DNA from: Gordius albopunctatus
Lineage: Eukaryota
Assembly (NCBI GenBank): GCA_964276515.1
Contig: OZ193909.1
Span: 19,468,001 to 19,532,000 of the forward strand
Direction of reading: 5' to 3'
Length of the DNA: 64,000 nt
Part shown: positions 1 to 13,952 of the stretch, in pieces
How the letters are laid out: each line of letters starts with the position of its first letter
Numbering within the stretch: the first letter of the stretch is position 1
Position numbers and translations under genes: made by a program
Notes under the pieces: model-generated
Databases searched by the model: none
The model's input: only the letters and a program-made list of their open reading frames with translations
What the model was told of the DNA's origin: nothing

Positions 1-844
1 TAAATGTATATTTATTTATTATGGGATTAAATATTTTATGGATTAATATTTTATTTGATCGATCGAAATTCCTATGGCATCAGTGCGTGCTTGGATTCGA
101 TGACAAAAAATCAATAAATATTTTCTCTCTCTCCATTGTCTCTCCCTTACACACATAGTTAAGTGACCATTATCTAGTTTCCACATCATACGTCTAACAT
201 CCCGCATCTCCAATTAATGCCTGCAATCATGGGCGTACCCAAGGGAAGGGGGGCAAGAATGGGCGGGTGCCCCCCTCTAAATCCAAAAATTTATTAAAAT
301 TATGGCTAAAATTTCAAAAAATTTTCAAATCATTATTAATATCACCTTTCTCTAATTCCAATGCTGATTATTCCCGTGACTGCAATTATACCTTTTAATT
401 TTCCAAAATTTATCAATTTTTTTAATGCATAGACTTTGCAAAATTATTAATTATATATATATGGCGACATCGTCAGTATTTTTGTTAAGTTTCAGACCCA
501 GTCTCTTCTTTAATTCGTATGGAAGCCGTAGTTTAGTTTGCAACACTTGACTTGGACTAGTGTTGTAAAAACATCTGGGATTTGTTTTTACAAAACTAAC
601 TTGGACAAAATAGGAAAGCCCGCGACAGTATTTCGTAGGAGGGGGCTAGGTATTGGCGCTATACAATAAAATCGAAAATAAATATAATTTTTTTAAAAAT
701 ATAATTTTTAGAACTAATCAACTCTCACCTTAATAAATTTTAAAAAATATTTAAATGATAAATTCGTTTAAGAAAAATAAATTTAAGTTTTAAGGAATTT
801 ATTTTGTAGAAAATAGTAGCTTACATTTTTCCCATAATTAAATT

Positions 845-1330
845 ATGTCAAGTAAATACACGGCGATCAACAAAATCATCGGCCAATACCTTAGGAAGGC
901 TGGCTTCCCAAACACCTTGGAGCCCGCCGGCCTTAGCACCACCGATGGGAAAAGACCAGACGGGCGGGTCACACTCATCCCATGGTCCCGTGGACTGAAT
1001 CTCACTCGGGACTTCACCCCGGTCGACATATTCGCCCCTTCCAACCCCTCTCCCCCCCCCGACCTTATAGTCGGTGCAGAGAATAGGAACACAGGCAAAT
1101 ATTCTTCCCTCGCGGAAGCAATATTCATTCCCGTAGTGGCAATCACAATTGCAAATTTAGCGCCGAAGCTCTCGCCCTCCTCAAAAAAATTGGAAAAGCG
1201 ATCTCCAGCGTCTCCTTGCATTTGAAAGACTACCTTTTTTTATCAGGTAGAAGATCACAATGGAAATCGTCGTTAAATCCAACACGATCTCCATGCACAC
1301 GGATCAATGCCATCCGTTTAGTTATGGCGC
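845..1330 (+). mobile_element. Degenerate 3' fragment of a CRE-clade (restriction-like endonuclease) non-LTR retrotransposon
   Basis: ORF 845-1225 carries INKII..L.KAG.P..LEPAGL...DGKRPDG.TLIPW.RG, the RLE-domain signature of CRE-type elements. It is homologous to the copy at 63091-63624. The end coordinate is approximate. Confidence 0.7.
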
Positions 1331-1504
1331 GTTTTTATATTTTTTTAGTCGTGTATGTAATTTGTTGTATACCATTTAATCAAGTAAATATTCGCAGGAA
1401 AAAAAGTAAATGTGTAAGTTTAATTTTGGAAAAATTAAGAAGCCGAGATAATGAAAGAAATATAAATCAATAACAACTAAAACTGATCTTAAAAAATTGA
1501 TAAA

Positions 1505-2289
1505 TTAAGGGGGGGAAGGGGGAACGAAACTCATCTATTCAATTTATGGGCGAGAATGCCTATAGGGGGGGGGATATAAAATGCAAAATGATTACTTAAT
1601 TATTTATACAAATATTTATTAAGTTACATTTTTGTAAAACCTGCTATTATTGAGGAATAGGCTTTCCTTCATTCATTCTTAATCATCAACTTGTAAATTA
1701 ATCAAAAGGACGAAAGGAACGCAAATAGAGGGTATGCCCTTGGAAAAGCCAATGGTCATCCTTCCAAAACGTACAACTTTCAATTTACAGTTTTTTTGAT
1801 ACTGTACAAATTTAAACAAGTTGGTGTAGGCGACCCATAATCTGAATTATGACTATAGTAGACTCTATTCAAATCATGCGCTTATGTATAGTATAAACAA
1901 GATATCAAAAAAACGAAAATATTTTCCAATCAGACCTAGGCCATTTTTTCTATTAACAAGAACAATAAATTAATTTAATTAAAAAATTAGCCTTTGTGGG
2001 GGGGGGGGGGCACAGGGACCCATATCAGTAGAGGTATAGGCCCTTGTAGGGGGACATAGGCTAATTATCAATGTTAACCTAATATACCAATTCAAAAAAC
2101 GCAAAAAAAAATTCGATTCACAATTTGGCCAATGGTCATTCTTTTCATTGGTCAGTAGCCAGAACACGGTGAAAAAGTGATATTATCAATGGTATTAACA
2201 AGAATAAATTTGCCCTCTCCGGGATTCGAACCAGCAATTCAGAACGTTGGACGGACAACAGCGAGCCCATAAATTGCATAGCAATTAAT
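1505..2289 (-). mobile_element. HINE/DINE-1-like (Helentron-associated) non-autonomous element, decayed
   Basis: Ends with the family motif gagcccataaattgcatagcaatt (~2263-2286). Contains the internal cattggtcagtagcc block. Segment 1508-1570 matches the 3' region of the copy at 49364-50497. Confidence 0.6.
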
Positions 2290-3408
2290 TTATTTCTATT
2301 GGAAATTATTAAATCATTTGTTTGTATGATAGAATTTGGGGAATAAAGCAATTTACCAATTCATGGGTGTAGTCAGCATTGAAATTAGAGGGGGGGGGGC
2401 AATAATGATCATTTTTTAAAATTTTAGCCCCATAATTTTCGTAAATTGCAACAAATTTTTAGATGAGTGCTACAAATTTTAAAACGCACATTTCGGGCCG
2501 GACAGCTCTAATAAATTCGAGCATTGCCGGGCGGCCACATAGAAGGGTTCGTGCGGGTAGATAAATTATAAAATGGGAAAGGACCGGGTTCGAGCAGTTC
2601 TAACAAATCCGATCTCTGATACAAAAGAGAGACCAACCGGATGTAGTGTGATTTTAGGTCAATTATAAACGCATTAATATTTTTAAAAGGGAAGGGGGTA
2701 GGTAGCAAGGGGTTATGGTGCCTTTGGTATGATCTCTTATTATATATTCCTATAATAATAAATATCGTAGAATTATCTTATAAATCATGTTTTAAGCCAT
2801 GTCTCTATGGTTTTACATTTAGTTAAAGCGACCCATATTACTTAATAACTATATTTGAACTTCAAAAGAATATGGCTAATTTCTCAATTTTTTGAAATGC
2901 TTTTAATGTTTAGATCTAATTTTCAGCTATTTTTATTTATAACACTTCTAAATGTTAAACTTAGTTTGAATCAAGCCTAAAAACGAAATATCAGCGTTTA
3001 TTATTTGCATTTATATAAAATCATGTAAATAATCGACTTTTATAATAATATACATAATGCGTTATTTATTTCAATGTTAAAAAAGGCACAAACAGCGGTC
3101 ATATTCGAAAGCCGTAAAATTCAAATATACCCGATATTACAAATTTCATACAAAAAGGCGGTGTATTAATAAATTAATAGATAATTGAGCGTGGGTTTGA
3201 CTGGTCAATATCGAAAATAATCACAATTTACGAAATATCGCGTTATAATTTTAGCTGTTATAAAATTAAAGTGAACTGATTTCCCGCTATAAAACGTTAC
3301 AAACCTGTATATTGCTATAATTTGCAGTACATTTTTTTCAAACTTGAACTATTGACTAAATTTTGTATCCATTTTTCCATTGTTTTAGCCACAAAATTGA
3401 GCCTTAAT

Positions 3409-6400
3409 TCAAGATTCTTTCGGCTCGGGTTCGACGTACGTTTTGAGATCTTGCATGAGTAACTCGAGTCGGCCCACCAAGTCGGTTATATTTTGGGTTT
3501 CGGCCACCCGACCGACCCGGTCCGTTGGTCTTCGCTGTTTGGCCTGAGCCTCGCGGTACTTAGCTCTCAACAACTCCAAGTGTCGGGCACTGCAAAGGGG
3601 CATATTAATGGGGACCGTGAGGTGAAATGCCGAATAGTCCACGTTATAATCCCCGTCCTCTCGCACGAAGGTTATGAGCTTTTGGAAACGATGGCCCCAA
3701 GCTATTTCGTCTAGCCGTAAAACATACGTACGTAAAAGGTAGCAATTTATGGGCTCGCTTTTCCTCGTCCTGTCCGTCTGTCATGTCCGTCGTCCTGTCC
3801 AACTTGTAATTTTTCAATAATTGTCGTGAAAATTTTAGACGGGTCATTTATGGTTGTTGTGTGGTAGTGCTGTAAAAACGGATGAGTTTTGTTCGATCGA
3901 GCTTTGGTTTTAGTATTTTTGGCCAAACCTTTGGCCATCTTGTGCGACTAAGAAAAAAAGTCCAAAAATCTTTGGTTTGGTGACGTTTAATCGGCTAGAA
4001 TCAAAGGTTGACCGAACAAAACTCATCCGTTTTTGCAACAACCCGGCTGTGAACTTATGCTTGCATAAAAGACTTTTATTTTGCTTTTTAATAAACATTT
4101 AGTTACTCGGGTATTTTATAAAAAGCAAAAATAACTTAAATTTACCGAATCTTTACACCCGATCCCAGGCCCAAAATTAAAAAAAAATACAAGTCATATT
4201 GGGTCGGTTTGAAAGATTTCATTTTGCAGAATCCTAATTTATTTCTAGTTTTAAATTGAATTAAAGTAATAGGACAAGGCAGTTGTAGAATTCTAATTTG
4301 ATCTCACATTAAATAAAAGGATTATGACATTTTGCTTAGAGAGGGTAGGCGACATATAATAAACTGCAAGTAATATAAATTCAGTAAATAGTTATATAAA
4401 TGCTTAGACACAAATGATGTCGGGGCGCGCTCTAGTCGGACTCAAAAGGAAAAAAAGGATTTTTGGGTTCGTGTCCGGGGTCCGATAAATTAAATTCAAA
4501 AAGAGGTAAATATGTTTAAGGCAAAAATTTTGGCAGAATTGTAGTTTTTCATTATAAACCAACAAGATGAACTGGACACTTCTGGACACGAAATTTTTAA
4601 TCAAAATATAGAATAATGAAGGTGCGACACACATCATACGTTTATGTAATAATTGATTATAACGCCATCTAGAAATAAACTTTTTTTGTTGAAAATGTAA
4701 TTTTTTAAGCCTTAAACATTTGACAATTGAAATTTGATAATGGGTCATAGAGGAGTGCACATTGTGAAATTGGTGATTTCATATAAAATTGAAATAGATT
4801 TTTATGTTTTTGAACTACTTTGACCACAGTTTTTGTTAAATTATTTTAATGGAGAATTTTGCAGGAACAAAAAACAACAAATTTTGAGAGCATAGCGCCA
4901 ATACTTTCAAAAGCAGTACGGGAAAAAGTAAAATAAAAAACGGACCCAAGCGTGATTTTGGCCTTTTGAACGTCCATGATTTAAAAAGTATTGGCCCAAA
5001 TCGGCTAAAATTTTTAAAAAATTACAATATGAGGCCATAGGCGTAGCTAGCATAGAAATTAGAGGAAGGCGATAATGATTTAAGGAGGGGCAAAATGATA
5101 ATCTCTTAAAATTTTAGCCATAATTTTAATAAATTTTTGGATTTGGAAGAGGCAGTCGCCCCCCCCCCCCGGCTAAGGCCCATGCCTACACCCTCACCAA
5201 ATATTATACAAATCTGAGATGGCCGGTCGAAAACATTTTTATTTGTCCTGGGTGTGAAAGCAAGTTGGACATTTGTATAACTGAGGCAACTTGTTGCCAA
5301 TAATAACTATTAAATATTGTCTTACTGCCCAAAAAGCATTTATAACGAGGTAATATATATATGCATAGTTTACCATATCTCCACAAACACTATATTTTAT
5401 GCAAAAATTACACTTAGGCATAAATCTTTTGATAAACACTTATTAAATTAAAACTCATAGGGTGAGATGAGTATCTAAACTGTAGAGACTCATCCAATAA
5501 CACTGGTCAACAGATATGGACTTTATAAAACGACAGGCAAACTGTTTGCAGAGTCTAGTAGAGATTTCTAAGCTGAACACAAATATATTTTTTAGTCATT
5601 TCCCCATAGGTCACGTTTTTGCACTATTCGCCGCCAAGGTTACTAAAAACAATTTAAATGGTAAAATTTTAGTTTTTGATTTATGAAATCCCCGTTTCTA
5701 ACAACTTTGACAGCAAATATTTGGAAAACTTGGCGTATATAATAGATAGGGGAAAAAATTAAGGATATATTCGCGTTCACCGCGAACAACTGAAATACTA
5801 TAGCGAAATTCGAAAACAATTTGCCGGTCGATTCTTCTTGTTGAACCGTATTATCCTCTCAAGAACTCAAGAATATTCCATGTTTTCATAAATCATTTCG
5901 AGACTTTCATTGATCGCTATGCCATTTATGGGCTCTATTTTGGCTGTCCGTAGAGTTGTTATATTGCTAACTTTCTTCAACTTCAACTACCATCTGCTCG
6001 AATTTCTGCTCGGCCCTCGAGCATTTTTATATGCTACTGCTCTACCTTACCTAGTGCACCGAACAGCGAGCGCATATAGTGCTAACGCGCATATTAAGCC
6101 ATTCAGTGAGCGTGATCTCGTCTGAAGTTTGAAGAAAGTTAGCATTTTAACAACTCTAGCTGTCCGTCCCATCCTCTCCAACTTGTAATTTTTGACTAAT
6201 TGCTGCCGTGGAAACTTGCACGGGTTTTTAATGGCTGTGCACTTTTGCCTCAGACTTTTATCTTTAATTTCCGGTTCTCGCCCCAATTGTTTTTGTGCCC
6301 GATTGATTACCAAATTACTTTGGGCAAATCGTCTAGGTTGTCGCTTTATTACGGATAATTGCCAAAGAGGTTCAATAAATCCCTGCAAATTGATGATGAC

Positions 6401-9400
6401 CTTGGCTTAATTCTTCTTCGTCTGACCCTGCTGGTCCAAGCCAAAATCATTAATCGCCATTTATTTTTAATGCTTATTTTCGTTTATAAATTTCTTTCCC
6501 CAATTTCCCTAGTCCATTTTGAAATCCATCAAGTTTACAACTGTAAATTATACATAAATTTCATAGCAGCAATTAAAACGTTTCGAACATACAAAATTGT
6601 AGTTAAATTATGGTTAGTATAACTAAATGCGGGGTCTATATGACCCCAAGCTTTATGTTAACCTTCAAACCAGTAAAATCTCACTCAATAACTATGCCAA
6701 AAGTCTTTTAAAATGTCACAAAATTTGTCGTGCCTTAAGGGGGAGAAGGCATATAAGGTGAGGAATGTGGTAGAAAATTGAGGGGGGGGGATTAACGTGC
6801 ATTTCAGCAATGTCACCATGTGCATAAATTGCAAAAAAAATTTTTGCAATATTTTCGTCAAAACTTTACAAAAATATAGGACAACTATTTACGCGTTATA
6901 AAAGCAAGTTGCCTCGGGCGAAATGCGATTAGTTTTGCTTTTAAAATATGTAGTACGTATTAACATGGGCGTAACCAGGGGGAGGGGCAGGGGGGGGGGG
7001 GCGGTTGCCCCCCTCTAAATCCAAAAATTCGTTGAATTTTTATTAAAGTTATCGCTAAAATTTCAACAACAAAAAACACCATTTTGCTCCTCGCTAAATC
7101 ATTATTGCCCAAATGTAATTCCAATGCTGGCTAAGCCCACGCGTATGTTTAACAATTTCATAGTATCATGTTTTATACAATAACATGGAAATAACAAAAT
7201 GAAAAGGTATTTTATTTTAAAACCAATTTATTTTTCGTTTTTCCCGCTTTTAATGCTTCGAATTTTTTTTAATATACTATTTCCATCAAACGTATCTTTG
7301 GTCTTATTAAAGGATTTAAAGAAAGCTCAGGGCACTATAAGCGAAAAAATGCAGATTAAAATGCATAATTAATAAAAGAATAAAAGGGAATTTTATATTA
7401 ACAACAAATTTCGATTTTCGGGAAAATTTAAAAATAATAATTTTTAAAAAATTTAATTTCTCGGTGTCTAAAATTTCTTTAGGTCAGTAAGTCACCGTTT
7501 GACATAAAATAAATGTCGCAAATAGCTTTTCAAAGTGACAATAAGGGAGAGTGCAAAACTGGCCAGGGGGCTTTTACATATTTCAGTAGTACAAAAGTAT
7601 TTTAATAAGGTGCCTCAAGAGCTAAAATGGAGATTTTGGCTAAGGCAATAAGTTTAAATAAAGCCTATAAACGAATTATTTCAAATGTATTAATTATTTT
7701 ATTTGATAAATACCTATATATTTTAAGAATATAAATAAAATAAATAAGGAAAAAAATTAAGTATGTTTTAGATATTTAGAAAATCAGTTAGAAGAATACA
7801 GTGTTTTAAAAAAAATTGTGGAAGATTATATATAAAAAGATAAATTTCCATCTTTATTAAAACCGCAGCTCTGCACGGGCATTTTTAAAATATCGTTGAT
7901 GTTAATAGTTTAAAAAAAGTCGATTTCACATAAAGAATTTGCTGAATTCAATATTTTTCTCGTTTTTAGAAAATAAAAATTAGGTTATTTGAAGTTCTGA
8001 CTAAAATTTATAAATGCCAGGTTAGGTAGGTTTCAAAAAATAGATTTTTGTTTGTTCAAATTTAAAACAAAATTAAAAAACGTAAAACCCCACCTAATAT
8101 AAGTTACAATTAATGAATATAATTATTAAATTACAAAATCTAGCCTTAGCGAGGACGTACACGCAAAGTCGAAAACAAATTTCGACGTTACGAAGGGGGA
8201 AGTCGAAATATCAGCTGACGTAACGAATTTTAGAGAGCCTTACGAGGTAGGTAAGAGGTTCGGGCTTGCATAGACATCCCAGAGGCTTCAATCATACCCT
8301 CGAGGATAACGACGATTTCAAATTTCTCTTCAGCCAGGTCCCGTGCACCTAGTGGATAAAGAGGTGAGTTAGCATCTATCCTATGTACCAAAATGCTGGG
8401 CCAAGCCAAAAATATCCGATCTGTACCAGATGGACCTACGTAGTAATAAGAATAATAAAATTTTCATGCAACTTTTTGTCCCTTTGCAGAACTAAGTCCT
8501 AAAGAAAAAGCTCCTAAATTCATAAAATAACATGTCATGGGTGTTGCCAGCATTGATTAGAGGGGGAATGGATAATTTTTTGAGCCATAATTTCAACAAA
8601 TTTTTAGATTAAGAGGGGGGCAGTCGCCCCTCCCCTTTTACTACACTCATGGTTATGACACTGTGACGACAGGTCACGAGTTTATAATTTAATGCTCAGT
8701 AAATTCTTAGGACCAACTAACAAAAGCTAAAAACATTCTTAAGACCGACCCTTGAGTGTAGACAAGGTGGGGGAGGGGGGGGGGCAAGGAGAAGGGGCTA
8801 CCCCCTGTAAATCCGAAAATTTGTTGAAATTCATTGAAATTATGGCTAAAATTTAAAAAAATGTCCATTTTGCCCCTCCGGATTCCAACGCTGGCCACAC
8901 ACACGGACAGCTAAGATGCTAACTACTATTCTTAGGCATTAGCCTTACTTTAAATTTAAAACCTACAATAGAGGCCTCAAATCCAATATTAAAACAGTAA
9001 CTCTTATCCATCCAAAATTGTACACATAGAAGGTGTGTAAAACTAGCCTGAAGGATGGGGTGGATCAAAAGCGAGGGGCATGTGATGTGGGTGGAGTGGT
9101 ATGACTTCGCCCTCGAGCGTCACCTTTTTACGAAATAAGTAAGCTCGCGTACGAGCGTCAATGATGTGAGAGCGTCTCATGTCCCCGATGCGGACAAGTA
9201 GACAGGGATCTCCGTCCCGCGTGCAAACTACGGCCGTACGACTGAACATGAGCGTCACGGCACGTTTTTTGGGACGCGATAACTTGGAAAATATTAGCCC
9301 TATCACGAAACCCTAGAATTTATTAGAAGCAAAAAATGTTTATTATATATGACGAAAAAAGCTTTGTGTACAATTTTAAGAGAGGCGTTTTCCTTTAAAA

Positions 9401-11474
9401 TAAATAACGATTAAGAGCAGAAAAAATTAATGGGGTAATCTTATAATTAAACAAGGCACAAGGTGATGCTAGAAAAAGTTACACGTGTTTTCTGGCCCGA
9501 TGCTTACAGAGTTTTCTAGTAAAAAATTAGCGGTCATTTCAGAATTGCGATCATACCTATTCTGTGGGCATGCTTTTAACGTTAAAAAAGATTAAGGCAA
9601 CTCATTCATAATAAGACTTTCTTTCAAAAATGACAAAAGTTGAGAGTAAAATAACCCCCTTTAAATTCCTTATTTCAAAAGAAGTTATATAATTAACACA
9701 CCAGAATGAATCATAAAAGGAGCAAAAGAAATAGCTAGAAAGGGATGTGGTCAAATTTTGTTTTTTAGGAGATCTTAAGGCGCATAAGAAATGTGACATT
9801 TAATCGCGCATGGACGGGTCCAACCTGTATCATGGCACCGGTTATGGATTGTATGACGAAGAGTAGCACACCCTCCGGACATTCTTCCGTGATGTGCCGG
9901 TAGCCGTAGCCTATGGTGTGTTGAGTTTCGATGGAAAAGAGAAAGGCGGAGGTGAAGGTGTAAGCGTTTTTGAAGCAGGGGCGCCAGGAAGGGTCGGACG
10001 CGTGCTCAAAATCGCCGTGAGAGAAACATATGAGCCACCAGACAACGCTAAACAGGCTCCAGGAGAGGAGGAAACCGAGTGCGAATATGAGAACCGACCA
10101 GCGCCACCTGCTATCCAACATCGTGGTGTAGATGTCGGATAGGAAGTGTTGCTTTCGGTTACTTATATTACTTTGCACCACGTTCGTTGAGCCATACTTA
10201 TTCACGAGGCGTTTACGAACGCGTTTGAAAACTAGAGGCTGAGCCTTCATCCCATCTCGACCTCCCGCCAACCCCGCGCCTCCACCTCGAGGATCGAAGT
10301 GATTAGGGTTCTCGAGGGGATTTCCGGTTTTAAGAAAATCCTTTTCACCTACGACTGCTTCGGGATGTTCGTAATGAGCGGGTGGCCACCTCGGGGAACA
10401 ACCATCTATTTTAACCTCTCCTCCAAGCGGTTCCATAGCTTTGTAATCCAGCTCGTCAACTGGCTCTGAGCTGAATTGTCTCTTGTTGCCTTGGATTGAG
10501 CTCGACATGCTGTGAGGCACGTTAGCATCCCCACCTAACTCGTAGTTATTGGGGTCTAAGTCAACCGATACTTCTTTACTAACAGGGTCTTCAAACAGAA
10601 CGTAGTCGGTCGCTGTTTGGTGGTCCTGTGTGGGGTTTGAAATTTGGTCTTCCGTTTGAGAGGGTAGGTAATGCTTACGCAAGCTGATGTCCAATTTTTT
10701 GCTGCTGTGGCTTAACCTGTTCATGAGTTGATTCATAAAATTACGCGGGACCTGAAGGCTAGAATAATCGTCTTCAAGCTTTCCCAAAGTGTTAGTAGAT
10801 TCGACATTAGATGCTTCTGAAGTGCGATAGATAGAATTTTCGAAATTGGGTGCAAAGAGGTCACCATTGATGGTTCCGACTCCTCTAGGGAGTGTTTTGA
10901 GTAGAGGGGCATTACTGGTAGTCAATCGAGTGATATCTATGAGATTGAGCTTACAGGCCTCGAAGGTATCCAAAGTATCGTAATTATCAAATTCTGGAGT
11001 GGCCATGTTGTCAACTGTAGATGAAGAGACACGAATTTGGCAATCGCCTATATTAAGAATACCGGCAATAGCCTGGGGCTCTCCATTCCTTGTGGTGGAA
11101 TCTGAGGGTGGGGCAAAATTAATTACCTTATTAGTTGTGGGGAACGAAGGATTAACAGTTGTATTAATTTGAGGGTTGTTTGTATTTGTGTAGGCCGGAA
11201 GGAATGATGAGTTCCATGAGTTAGGTCGGGATGATGAATTAGCACCATTAGTGGCAGCTTTGTGATATGGACCTTTTTTAAGAATTTCCCTCACTCTATT
11301 AAAATCAGCTTTTGATATGTGATCACAATCCATAATCATGTGCATATTATTTAAGTTGTTCATCCCTATATTATTATTAGCCAAAGAATTGGGTAAAAGT
11401 TCCGATTCAACTTTATTAGATAAATGTCTTTGCCTTATTTTTAAAGGCCAAAAAGTTTTATTCCCTTTTTCCAT
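3409..11474 (-). CDS. Inward-rectifier potassium channel (Kir/Irk family), 4 coding exons: 11474-9825, 9312-9048, 8435-8244, 3710-3409; about 802 aa
   Basis: Exon 1 has TM1 (DSRWRWSVLIFALGFLLSW) and pore FSIETQHTIGYGYRHITEECP. Exon 2 has GFVIGLIFSKLSRPKKRA..LLVRIGDMRRSH. Exon 3 has DRIFLAWPSILVHRIDANSPLY..FEIVVILEG..QARTSYLP. Exon 4 has HEIAWGHRF..YNVDYSAFH..PLCSA. Splice phases 0,1,1 join in frame. Additional upstream exons cannot be excluded. Confidence 0.93.
3871..4036. repeat. Inverted repeat (~28-bp arms), probable decayed MITE in Kir intron 3
   Basis: tgtaaaaacggatgagttttgttcgatc (3871-3898) pairs with gaccgaacaaaactcatccgtttttgca (~4010-4037). No clean TSD. Confidence 0.55.
5951..6158. 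mobile_element. hAT-type MITE inserted into a decayed HINE-like 5' end in Kir intron 3
   Basis: ~35-bp TIRs (tagagttgtt...aacaactcta) and a perfect 8-bp TSD gctgtccg at 5943-5950 and 6159-6166. Confidence 0.85.
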
Positions 11475-13952
11475 TTTCTATGAAGATATAAACATTCATT
11501 TAGCATAAATTTATAAGTTATAATTTATCCTACAAATATAACTCAATTTGTCAATTATTAAGATGTTATTATTTAATTATTTAGAAAATATAAAATGTTC
11601 ATAACTATATTCATATCGTAAAAATTTGATACAGGATAAAACGTATATATTAAGTAATATTTAAAATGAGACAGCTATATGAATTAAGGCCTTAAGATAC
11701 TTAAAGAGTTATTCCAGAATCAATTTTGTGAGCATTTTAGTAAGATAAAAAATAAAGTTTACAAAACAGGTGAATTAATAAGTTACCACAAATTGGTTAC
11801 AAATTATTCGGAGCAAAATTTACCTTAGCATGTCACGCTTTTATGAGTCAGTAGCTTGGCCGATATTAAACATTCTACCATTTTGGACCATATTAACGAT
11901 GTGAAATTGTGGATACTTATTCAGTCCTAAAATAACGACGATTATTTAAAGGGAAAGACTCGTTATAGTAAACAATAATTTAAGCCCAATATTAATTTAT
12001 GATCTTCATAATTTTTTTCACTCACATCTGCAAGATATATTAATATCATAATGATAAGATTTTAAATTATCGTATATTTTACTTTTAAGACTAAATTAAA
12101 AGAAACACATTAAAATCGTTGGATGAACTGGTAAAAGCCTAATAGAAATAAGAGAAATCCGTGTTAAAAATTATTTTATATCAGCATCCAGTTTAATATT
12201 TTCTTTTAGATCTCAATATAATCTCACTTAAACGCATGGGCGTAGCCGGGGGGGGGGGCAGGGAGGGGCAGCTGCTCTCTCTCTAAATCAAAAAATTTGT
12301 TAAAATTTATTAAAATTATGGCTAAATTTTGAAAAAATGATCATTTTGTTCCTACCCTCCCCCCCTCTGATTCCAATGCTGGCTTAGATATGTAAAGACT
12401 CAACAATTTAAAAGCAAGTTTTATGTAGGCAAACAAATAAGCATAAATCTTAATTATTAAGGACCCTAAAGTTATTTAAATTTTTATCGAATGTTATACG
12501 TGAATAAAATTTATGGGGTGTAACTAACACTATTATAAATGGTTATGGTATATTATATTGAAATACAGCATTTATATGTTTTTGAAAAAGAAAACAGGCC
12601 AGCAATTGTTAATATGGAATCAATACAAATATTTTCTGATTTTATTTACTAATTATTTTTGATTATTTGTAATGCATTAAAAGGTGAGAATTTATAAATT
12701 TGTACTATACATAAGTTAAGATTTTTGAAAATCTGTTGCTACGTTAGAAAAACATACATTTAATTTAGAAATAAGCTATTCAATATCTGTTATTAGCATC
12801 ATAATGCAATCAACAATTATAATACAAAATTCCACTCAATTTTATGAAGTTATGATAATTAAAATAAAAATCAACATTCAAATCATGTAACTTTTAGTTA
12901 AGATTTTAAAAGGATTATTTCTTATGTTTAATAAATAATATGTAATAGAAAAGAGTTGTACATCAATCAATTTTAATTTTTTTAGATTTCTGTGTTATAA
13001 CTAAATATTATATATAATTATATATATTATGTAAATTCAAATTATTATCTTTTTTGCTTCATTTTTGAACAAGCTATAATAAAAACTAGAGAAGTTATAT
13101 ACTTCAATTATATAGATTATATATGTTAGTGCTTTCCGCCACAAAATAAGATAACTTACAAACTTATTTAACAAATTTCCGAGGTTTTCCTATTACAAAA
13201 AGAATAAGCAACATTTCCTTATTTTTTGGACTGGATAAGGAATGGCAATTGTAGATCGCTAATAAATTTATACAGTAGCTTCATCTTTGCCACCTTTCGC
13301 TTGTGTGCAAGTTTAGGATTAGATGTCAGGTCTTATTGAAAGTTGGTTGAGATAGAATTTTAAAAAATAGTTATAAAAAAGAATCATGCAAAATTGGTAT
13401 TTGTGGAACTAAGCCCTATCTAGCCCGATTTTATCTAATTTGAACTCCTTAGTCAGATTATTTTTCAATTGTTGGCATCACTTGAGCCAAGGCAAGCCCG
13501 ACATTTTTTATAATATTTGGATTCTGGATATAGTTATTAAATTGATTGTTGTGAATAGGAATTTTAAACAAGAGTAAGTATTGTAAATAAAACATTGAAT
13601 CAATTTTTGGTATACTCTATACTACTAAATATTTTTGATGCCACAAATAACTTGCTACATATGTACATCTATGGGAATTGAGAATAAATTTCTTAATTAT
13701 AGATACGACGGAGGGACTGGATATTAAAACATTAAAAGTTCCTTGTACAATCGTTGATTAAAATTAGGGTAAAAATATATTTTTAAGAGTTTTTTTAGGT
13801 TAAGCGTTGGTATGGGTCTATCCCTTCCCCTGATTAAATATTAATCTTTTGCACTACCTCGGCCCTAAATCTTTTCGAATTCGGCGGGCCCGAAGGTTTA
13901 GGATAAATACATATTAAGGTATATTATTATTATATATTCCTTCTAAGAGTTT

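Noticed and set aside
3644..4098. ORFs 3644-3847, 3747-3938 and 3910-4098 (and the similar 6047-6388) as a small gene family
   Set aside because: They lie in Kir intron 3, their similarity comes from decayed repeats, and the frames are not conserved between copies.
8160..8230. Short tttcgac/gtcgaaa inverted motifs near the Kir exon 3 donor
   Set aside because: The stems are only ~7 bp, too short to support a structured RNA claim.
9765..9824. C-terminal VGPVHARLNVTFLMRLKIS of the 569-aa ORF as a truncated channel end
   Set aside because: This is intron read-through; the GT donor at 9824 splices in frame to 9312.
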